A stretch of 64,000 nucleotides of DNA from a virus. Taxonomy: Duplodnaviria; Caudoviricetes. The notes below the pieces were generated by a model. The model searched no databases. It was not told where the DNA came from and worked only from the letters and a program-made list of their open reading frames with translations. Position 1 is the first letter of the stretch. Each line of letters begins with the position of its first letter. The stretch lies in the IMG/VR virus record IMGVR_UViG_3300046787_000508, positions 32,001 through 96,000 of that record; one strand, written 5' to 3'. Shown here piece after piece: positions 57,855 to 64,000 of the stretch. A program made the position numbers and the translations under genes.

Positions 57855-58554
57855 CTTGGACTATATCTCCTGACGGGGTGGTTACATCTTTAGTCAAATT
57901 TAATCCAGGTTTAATATCTGAAATAAACTTTCTAAAGTCTTGGGAATCTTTTATTGGTAAACGTTCGATTAAATTTCGTATCTCCATTTGGTTTCTATTA
58001 CCACCGATAGATTTAATCATCATTTCAAGTTTTTTTGTTACGATTGGTGCAATACCATTACCGTTCCAACTATCTTTGATTTTTTGAAGTTCGTCTTCTT
58101 GTTTTTGTGTTAAAAAGGTAAATGTAATATCAACCTTACTTTTTTCAAAATAATAAGGATATTCATTATTAGCATCCGCAACTAAATTGAATTCTTTAAT
58201 CGGTACATTTGATAAATCAACCACTGCAGTAAACTGTTCGTTTGTTTTTGGGTCGGTAATCGTCATATTGTATTCAGAGCCGAAAGCGGTGTTTCTTAAA
58301 AAAATTAAGATTGCTTGTCTATCTTCTTCAACAATATCATCAAATTTTAAATCGTGGTCCAAAACTTTTCTGTTGATTAACTCATTAACAACTGTGTTTG
58401 TTGCGATTAAATTTGGGGATGCTAAGATATTTTCGTCTGCGGCAGTTAAGTAAGCCACCTTGACAGATTTTTTACCACTTGGGTAATGTAAACCTCGACT
58501 TGGCAGTTCCACCACGTCATAGGCAATCGTTGGGTCTATTCTAAATTCTTCCAT
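57805..58554 (-). CDS. Tail/baseplate-hub assembly chaperone (T4 gp26/lambda gpG-like)
   Basis: VVELPSRGLHY...VAYLTAADENIL is gp26-like; located between the tube and tape measure genes. Confidence 0.75.
   Translation of the reverse strand: MEEFRIDPTIAYDVVELPSRGLHYPSGKKSVKVAYLTAADENILASPNLIATNTVVNELINRKVLDHDLKFDDIVEEDRQAILIFLRNTAFGSEYNMTITDPKTNEQFTAVVDLSNVPIKEFNLVADANNEYPYYFEKSKVDITFTFLTQKQEDELQKIKDSWNGNGIAPIVTKKLEMMIKSIGGNRNQMEIRNLIERLPIKDSQDFRKFISDIKPGLNLTKDVTTPSGDIVQVEVGFGVEFFRPFYGL
57823..57834 (-). other. Candidate +1 programmed ribosomal frameshift site GAG-UUU-UUU-CGC
   Basis: A +1 slip from UUU to UUC joins the 249 aa frame to the gp51-like frame. The -1 frame closes after a short run. 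Confidence 0.6.
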
Positions 58555-58603
58555 GGTATAAGTTACACAATAACTATTTGAAAGTAAATAATATAAAGAA
58601 AAT

Positions 58604-58650
58604 AAAAACCCATTAACTTATTAGACAGATTTACCTTAATAGTTAATGGG
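58604..58650 (-). terminator. Intrinsic terminator after the tail tube gene
   Basis: CCCATTAAC(T)TATTA / TAATAGTTAATGGG stem with one bulge, followed by TTTTT on the minus strand. Confidence 0.7.
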
Positions 58651-58674
58651 AATTTAATATGTTTTATGTGAATA

Positions 58675-59163
58675 TTAGTAAACTTGAATACATCTATCCA
58701 TTCTTAACGATGCATCGATTGTTGCTAAATCGTCTTGAGAATAGTTCAAATCACCGAAGTTCAAACTTGTTAAGAAACAACCTTGAAGTATCCATTTTTC
58801 AACAACTACTCCCGTTGGGTCTAACATTTCGAGTTCAACGTCCTTTTTGTATCCAGCAGCGTATCCCATACGACCTGTTACTGATTCTGCGTGTAAACGG
58901 AACCATTCCATAAGTGCTTGAGACGCAGAGGGACCAATTGGGTCTTTGAACGTTACTTTTATCTCTTCCCAATCAAAACGACCTGCAACGTATGTTGAAG
59001 TGTTCAAGAAAGGAATTTCCACCGATTTAATCTTAGCACTTGGACGAGATGTTGATGTCACGTACCATTCGTTAATTCCCAATGATGAAGGGAATCTAAG
59101 AATAAATCTATTTTTACGTTTCGGTTCATAAGGAACCGGCATTTTCATTAGTAAATCTGCCAT
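58675..59163 (-). CDS. Tail tube protein (T4 gp19-like)
   Basis: YEPKRKNRF...YVAGRFDWEEIKVTFKD...YKKDVELEMLDPTGVVVEKWILQGCF...LNY; follows the sheath gene. Confidence 0.92.
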   Translation of the reverse strand: MADLLMKMPVPYEPKRKNRFILRFPSSLGINEWYVTSTSRPSAKIKSVEIPFLNTSTYVAGRFDWEEIKVTFKDPIGPSASQALMEWFRLHAESVTGRMGYAAGYKKDVELEMLDPTGVVVEKWILQGCFLTSLNFGDLNYSQDDLATIDASLRMDRCIQVY

Positions 59164-59200
59164 GTTGTATTTGTTAGTTTTTTTTGTTATTATATACTCT

Positions 59201-59208
59201 TATAAATA
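59201..59208 (-). promoter_or_regulatory. Late-promoter-like motif TATTTATA
   Basis: Upstream of the tail tube ATG. Confidence 0.6.
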
Positions 59209-59245
59209 TATCTCAATTGGAAATAATTTTATTTTACTCAATTAC

Positions 59246-59274
59246 TTGACTTTATCAATTTTATTTCGTAGTTT
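59246..59274 (+). promoter_or_regulatory. Sigma70-like promoter on the plus strand
   Basis: TTGACT-17 nt (TTATCAATTTTATTTCG)-TAGTTT. Confidence 0.55.
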
Positions 59275-59280
59275 TTTACA

Positions 59281-59460
59281 GGCTCCAGCAATTAAGTTCC
59301 AGTATAAATAGATTATTATATAATAAATACTAGAATATAATAATATAACTAGTATTTCTAGTTCCAGTAATGCTGGGTAAATTAAAAATATAACAATAAT
59401 ATTATTATGGTTCCTTGTGGAACTAAAAAAGGGTACCATTTCTGATACCCTTTCTTTTTT
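59281..59460 (+). ncRNA. Candidate non-coding RNA (alternatively an origin-like element)
   Basis: Bounded by a promoter and a bidirectional terminator; stems CCAGCA/TGCTGG and AAATACTAG/CTAGTATTT; no plus-strand ORF. Confidence 0.4.
59425..59460. terminator. Bidirectional intrinsic terminator at the end of the sheath gene
   Basis: AAAAAAGGGTA-ccatttctga-TACCCTTTCTTTTTT. Confidence 0.75.
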
Positions 59461-59475
59461 ATATCCCCTTTTAGA

Positions 59476-62301
59476 TTAGATATTTTCAAATGATGCTCCT
59501 GTTGGAGTAATAATGAATTCAACATCTATAAATTCAAGTGAACGAGTAGGTTTGATGTAAATTTTTCCTCTCAATGTGTTTGCATCGATGTCCTCAGGGT
59601 CATTAGATACACTTACACGGAAGTCATATAAACCTCTTTCTTTCTTGATAGCCTCAAGAATTGGGTTAACCAATCTTAAGAATTCATTTCTTACTTGTTC
59701 ATCGTTTTGTTCAAACAATAATCTAACCGCAACTGCTGAAATTAATTTTCTTGCTCTTAATAACAATCTTCTTACGTTGATTCTATCTAAAGCAGATTCT
59801 CTAACTTGTAACGTTTTGTTACCCCAAATAATTGTACCTGTATCAGAGAATGTAGCGATTGGGTTAATTCTGTTTTTATATAAACTATCTCTTTCGTCAA
59901 GAGTTAATTTCTTTTGAGCTTTAATTGCGTTTACCAAACCTCTTGAGTAACCCGCTACTGCGAACCATGGGTAAGAAACATTATCAGTTAATGCGATGTT
60001 TTTCAAAACCTCACCTGTTGGTGGAAGGAATAATTGAGTTGCATTGTCATTATCTCTTACTTGAATCCAAGGCCAATATGTTGCTGAATAGTTACTATCC
60101 AAAGAAGCTGTGTCCAAATTGTCAATTGCCTCATCAGCAGATGTTACATTTGGAGAAGCCACGATGTAAAGTGAATCCGCTCTATCGTTCTCAATCATAT
60201 CAATTGCTGCGGTTGTTAATGAACCGTGGTCAAAGAAGTTAATACCAGGAGTTGCAAATACGTTAATATCTACAGCTTCAGGGTTTGAGAACGTTTCAAT
60301 ACCTTTAGTGTAAGCGTAGTAATCAGAATTACCAAAGTTTACATTAAACACACCACCGTTGTTAGTGTTATTTGCGGTGTAAGTTGACTTACCAAATATA
60401 AATGAATCTGTGTTAGTTCTATTTTTTTGGTAGATATCCCAACCGTCAAATCCTCCAAACACTGCGAATGTGAATTTACGTGAAGCTAAAGTATCTAATT
60501 TTCCTTTATTAGTTCCCTCTAAATCGTAAGGTGTACAATCATAAGCAAAACCTGTAATTGTATTACCTGTAATTGAAGATGCATTTGTTGATAAGTGGAA
60601 ACCTGGCGTTACTTTGTCAGGATTAACTCCCTTGTATTTTAAAATGTCCTTATCAAAACCAACTTTAGATGATAAACCTAAAGATACTTTTTTGATTTTA
60701 TCTCCTGATTCAACTGTACCAAATGAATTGTATGCTGCTAAATCAACGATATCACCCGCATCGTGGTATTGTGTTTTGTAAATTACTGAACCTAATGTTG
60801 TTCCACTAATAGTGTCTGTAACGAAACCTTTAAAACCTGCAGGAATTGCGTCCGTAGGGTGACCGTCAGCCAATACCAATGTAATGAATTTTGAACGTAA
60901 TTCATATTCACCATCAGATGTACCGATTTTTCTACCGATATAACCTGGTTTATCTAAACTCATTGAACATCTAGTGTATTTTTCCAATACAACCATATTG
61001 TCGTCAGTATCGTTGAAATCACGAACTAATACATCAAATTCACCTTCTTCTAAGTTAATGTTCACGATTGAGATTTTTACTTGGAAGTTTGCCATCTCAC
61101 CGTCTGAAATTGTTTGGATTTGGAATAAGTCAGCAACATTACCACCTCGTACTTCAGAAACCACCATAGGTGATATTGTAGTATCAAACTCAGCAACGAA
61201 ATCATTACCAGTTGAATGGTAAACCTCATCTAAACTAATTCCTCTAACCAATCCTCTACTATATAAAGTTTGGATTAAATTAGGGTAAATTTCATGAACA
61301 TACATTGGATACTCGTCCATATCTTTATCAAATACATCTACACCTAATACTTTAGTGATATATTTTGTTGACGTGTTATCTAATGAACATGTGTATGTTT
61401 TAGTAGATGTACCTGAAGATATAGATACTTCAAATTCCCCTAAAATGTTAGTGTTAACACTTGTTGAATTGATAGTAAACCCACTATTATTTGTTACTTT
61501 TAGATTTAATGTACTACCCGCGTATTCACCTCTTGACCTTAAAGCTGCAACGGTAATATTGTTGTAATCATTAACAGTTGCACCTGTATAGTTAAATTTA
61601 GTTACATTGAACGTGTTCGATGCTCCTGAATAAACAAAAAGGTAAGAATTTAATCCGTTAACGACACCACCACTAGTCGTGTAGTAATCATTTGACCATC
61701 TATAATCAGTTGCGTCACCGATTGGTCCTGTTATTTCTGTTCCTGATAGTGAGTTAGTTTCAGAATCAGGTACGAAACCGATTGTGAACCAATCATTATT
61801 GGAATATGTACCACCCACAATGAATTCAGTTACACTGTCACCTGTTGTTGCAGTTTTACCTGATAATAATGAGTAGAATGTACTTCCTGTTACTCCTGTA
61901 ACGGTTGGAATTAATGTCCCTGTAGTATCTACAGGTGTTGACGTAGCATCAAATGTGACACTACCTAATGTTTTAAGACCAAATGTTTTATTTGGTTTAT
62001 AACCCGTTAATCCAAGTACTCTTGTTACGAATAGTTGGTTTGATTCTTGAAGATAAGATTTTGCAACATAAGGTAATTCATATTTTGGGTTACCATTACC
62101 GTATTTCAAAGGTGATGTGGTACCAAAATATGTCTTAAATTCGTCGAAATTTGTAATCAATACAGGTTCGAAAGCGGGACCTTTTAAAGTCTCACCTACT
62201 AAACCTAATGTTGTTACTCCGACACTTTGTGCAACAAATGTTAAATCCTTCTCTGAAGTGTAGACCCCTGGAGAAACGAATACTCTGTTTGAATTTGCCA
62301 T
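59476..62301 (-). CDS. Tail sheath protein (T4 gp18-like)
   Basis: VSPGVYTSEKDL, FEPVLITNFDEFKTYFG, ATYWPW, WFAVAGYSRG, RINPI, WGNKTL, RINVRRLL and IKPTRSLEFI motifs. Confidence 0.97.
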   Translation of the reverse strand: MANSNRVFVSPGVYTSEKDLTFVAQSVGVTTLGLVGETLKGPAFEPVLITNFDEFKTYFGTTSPLKYGNGNPKYELPYVAKSYLQESNQLFVTRVLGLTGYKPNKTFGLKTLGSVTFDATSTPVDTTGTLIPTVTGVTGSTFYSLLSGKTATTGDSVTEFIVGGTYSNNDWFTIGFVPDSETNSLSGTEITGPIGDATDYRWSNDYYTTSGGVVNGLNSYLFVYSGASNTFNVTKFNYTGATVNDYNNITVAALRSRGEYAGSTLNLKVTNNSGFTINSTSVNTNILGEFEVSISSGTSTKTYTCSLDNTSTKYITKVLGVDVFDKDMDEYPMYVHEIYPNLIQTLYSRGLVRGISLDEVYHSTGNDFVAEFDTTISPMVVSEVRGGNVADLFQIQTISDGEMANFQVKISIVNINLEEGEFDVLVRDFNDTDDNMVVLEKYTRCSMSLDKPGYIGRKIGTSDGEYELRSKFITLVLADGHPTDAIPAGFKGFVTDTISGTTLGSVIYKTQYHDAGDIVDLAAYNSFGTVESGDKIKKVSLGLSSKVGFDKDILKYKGVNPDKVTPGFHLSTNASSITGNTITGFAYDCTPYDLEGTNKGKLDTLASRKFTFAVFGGFDGWDIYQKNRTNTDSFIFGKSTYTANNTNNGGVFNVNFGNSDYYAYTKGIETFSNPEAVDINVFATPGINFFDHGSLTTAAIDMIENDRADSLYIVASPNVTSADEAIDNLDTASLDSNYSATYWPWIQVRDNDNATQLFLPPTGEVLKNIALTDNVSYPWFAVAGYSRGLVNAIKAQKKLTLDERDSLYKNRINPIATFSDTGTIIWGNKTLQVRESALDRINVRRLLLRARKLISAVAVRLLFEQNDEQVRNEFLRLVNPILEAIKKERGLYDFRVSVSNDPEDIDANTLRGKIYIKPTRSLEFIDVEFIITPTGASFENI

Positions 62302-62343
62302 CGATTGTTGTTTGGTTAATTATTTTATTACTTATTCAATAAA

Positions 62344-62423
62344 TATCTTTGTTTTTAGCAAAGATTTCCGTAATTTTAGATAAAAAGATAGTAAATTATC
62401 TTTTTTTATCTTTATTTATCTTT
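62344..62423. promoter_or_regulatory. Array of TATCT/AGATA boxes (candidate operator) between the divergent sheath and RHH genes
   Basis: TATCT at 62344, 62397, 62407 and 62417; AGATA at 62378 and 62386. Confidence 0.55.
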
Positions 62424-62427
62424 AGTT

Positions 62428-62586
62428 ATGGAAAACAAAACGAAAAACGTGAAAATCAGTGATGTACATCATGAGATGTTAAAAGTCTACTGCGAAAAAA
62501 ATGGACTAAAAATTTATAAAGTTTTAGAGAAGTGGATTGACGAACATTGTAAACCAAAAAAGAAGGATATGTACGGTGATGATTAG
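62428..62586 (+). CDS. Ribbon-helix-helix DNA-binding protein (Arc/MetJ/CopG-like), 52 aa
   Basis: Absent from the ORF track. MENKTKNVKISDVHHEMLKVYCEKNGLKIYKVLEKWIDEHCKPKKKDMYGDD fits beta strand, helix, G turn, helix. It is the only credible plus-strand gene. Confidence 0.75.
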   Translation: MENKTKNVKISDVHHEMLKVYCEKNGLKIYKVLEKWIDEHCKPKKKDMYGDD

Positions 62587-63818
62587 TGTATATAACACAC
62601 ACCGATTTTAGAACCGACCGTTGGAGTACCTAATAATGTAATGTCTTTATCTCCCGTTACAGCAAAACCACTACCTTCTTCATCAACAAGACCGTTAATA
62701 TCAATGTGAATTACACTGTCAATTTTATTTTGTACGGTAAATGTTAAAGTTGACCCATCATACACAAAAATTTCATTTTCTAAGAATAAAGGTTTACCAT
62801 AACTGTCAATAAATACACTATTTTTACCCGGATAATAAGAAATCATAATTGTACTACCTTCAGGAGGTGGAGACACGAACGTTATCTTTGATGTCTGTGC
62901 GATATGGTAAAAATCGACATCTCGTTCTTGGAGAAGTCCGTTTATTGAAACGTAAAATAAAAATCCAATACTTTCACCGACACTAAATGTCGTCTGCATA
63001 CCATCAGCAATAAAGGTTACGGTTTTTGTTTCAATAGATTTATTAAAGAATTTTTTAGCAAAAGGTTTAGTTCCCACAAATTCTGTCATTAAAAATAACC
63101 TACTAATTGCGGGTTTTACTTCAAACTCTTCAGAATCTATTAAGAAACCTAACATTGTTAGGTCATATGTTTGTAGGTAAAATTTTCTACCATCTAAGGC
63201 ATCAATCGGTGAATTATCACTTATTTTATCTAAAATAATTGGAATATAGTGACCTTTTACTGTGGTGTATGCCTGTCTTGATGAAAATTTTTGTAAGAAT
63301 ATCTTATTAAATCTGTTTAAATCTCTAAATTTTTGACAAACAATGGTTATTTCAAAACTAATATCAACCGCAACAGGTTGAGGTATTTTATAAACATCGG
63401 CACCCATTTGTGAACCGTTCCATGTTGGGACAGTTGCATAATTAAATGTTCTTCTATCAGGAATCGTTCTTTGAATAGAAGGATTTGTTCCGGGTTGAAC
63501 ATCAGGTTTTCTAATAACACCAATGAACGGTAATTTCATATTACCATCCTCGTCTGAGAAATTCCAATTGTTAGATATCTCACCCCATCTTTGGATTGTT
63601 AAAATTTTTGGAATAACAGGGATAGTGGCCCCATCGGACACAACTTTTAAGTTCTCCTTTACGAAATCTAACATCCCACCATCTAAATCGTCATGTAATA
63701 TTGAATCCGGAAGATAACCGTCCGATTTAGTAATCCTATCCAAAAGTTGTTGTCTTCTTTCGGTCAGTTCTTTACCTTTGTAAATCTCAATATTGTTTTT
63801 TCTTTTAGGTATTCCCAT
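62583..63818 (-). CDS. Tail terminator/completion protein (T4 gp15-like) with two C-terminal beta-rich repeats
   Basis: IPQPVAVDISFEITIV...YIPIILDKISD; tandem DG..TF...INGL...ITF..PP.GS.I repeats. The likely start is MGIPKRK at 63818, 1 nt after the upstream stop. Confidence 0.65.
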   Translation of the reverse strand: MGIPKRKNNIEIYKGKELTERRQQLLDRITKSDGYLPDSILHDDLDGGMLDFVKENLKVVSDGATIPVIPKILTIQRWGEISNNWNFSDEDGNMKLPFIGVIRKPDVQPGTNPSIQRTIPDRRTFNYATVPTWNGSQMGADVYKIPQPVAVDISFEITIVCQKFRDLNRFNKIFLQKFSSRQAYTTVKGHYIPIILDKISDNSPIDALDGRKFYLQTYDLTMLGFLIDSEEFEVKPAISRLFLMTEFVGTKPFAKKFFNKSIETKTVTFIADGMQTTFSVGESIGFLFYVSINGLLQERDVDFYHIAQTSKITFVSPPPEGSTIMISYYPGKNSVFIDSYGKPLFLENEIFVYDGSTLTFTVQNKIDSVIHIDINGLVDEEGSGFAVTGDKDITLLGTPTVGSKIGVCYIH

Positions 63819-63819
63819 T

Positions 63820-64000
63820 TTATACTCCTCTAAATTCGTTTTCTTGTGTTGGTACACATGTTATTGTTCGGTAATAAGGTTTGTACCCAAAATAATTATG
63901 TTTATTATCTGAGGTTACTTTCCCGTCATTTGAAACCGTGTAAAATCTAAGTCTACCTTCACTCTGAGGATATCCGATGTAATCACCGTACTTTATATCA
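63820..64000 (-). CDS. Neck/head-closure protein, C-terminal part (partial)
   Basis: My translation is ...DIKYGDYIGYPQSEGRLRFYTVSNDGKVTSDNKHNYFGYKPYYRTITCVPTQENEFRGV*. Its position is just upstream of the terminator and sheath genes. Confidence 0.55.
   Translation of the reverse strand, partial: DIKYGDYIGYPQSEGRLRFYTVSNDGKVTSDNKHNYFGYKPYYRTITCVPTQENEFRGV

Noticed and set aside
59242-59439. 65 aa minus-strand ORF between the sheath and tube genes
   Set aside because: It is Ile/Tyr low-complexity, starts just past the sheath terminator and is typical of chance ORFs in AT-rich DNA. The non-coding interpretation is preferred.
31940-62301. Extracellular contractile injection system or tailocin, or a eukaryotic giant virus because of the RNR type
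   Set aside because: The tail module is interleaved with phage replication genes (gp32-like SSB, helicase, primase) and neck/terminator genes, and no NCLDV hallmark genes are present. A tailed phage explains all of it.
895-63717. Numerous other short (60-160 aa) overlapping ORFs in the track
   Set aside because: They lie antisense or out of frame within well-supported genes and have no recognisable motifs.
1-64000. Alternative genetic code (stop-codon reassignment)
   Set aside because: Long conserved genes are intact under the standard code, and TAA, TAG and TGA all end genes at the expected places.
1-64000. tRNA or rRNA genes
   Set aside because: The intergenic gaps are short, and none shows a cloverleaf with a T-loop (GTTCGA) and acceptor stem.

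Overview
This 64 kb window is an AT-rich piece of a large contractile-tailed (myovirus-like, probably jumbo) bacteriophage genome, and nearly every gene is on the minus strand. In gene order from the high-coordinate end it carries: a neck protein (partial), tail terminator, sheath, tube, a T4 gp26/gp51-like chaperone pair, tape measure, tube initiator/hub, gp53-like and large hub proteins; a replication block (gp32-like SSB, RecA/UvsX, 5'-3' exonuclease, DnaB-like helicase, class Ia RNR nrdB and nrdA); baseplate gp25 and gp6 plus further structural genes; a ~16 kb array of Cys-rich, Pro-Thr-stalked fibre-like genes with a nucleotidyltransferase-fold gene inside it; and a RuvC, primase, PD-(D/E)XK nuclease, SbcD-like nuclease module. 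SD-less A-rich start regions, SprB- and Fn3-type modules and the RNR type suggest a Bacteroidota host (inference). The most notable observations are: a probable +1 frameshift (GAG-UUU-UUU-CGC) fusing the gp26-like and gp51-like chaperones; two promoter-plus-terminator-bounded non-coding units (3845-3918 and 59281-59460); an unannotated plus-strand ribbon-helix-helix gene with 10-bp-phased TATCT boxes, divergent from the sheath gene; a TATTTATA late-promoter-like motif; and an 11-copy LDCxFDV node motif punctuating the PT stalks. All family assignments come from motif recognition by eye; no database search was run. I saw no tRNA, CRISPR array, intein or reverse transcriptase.
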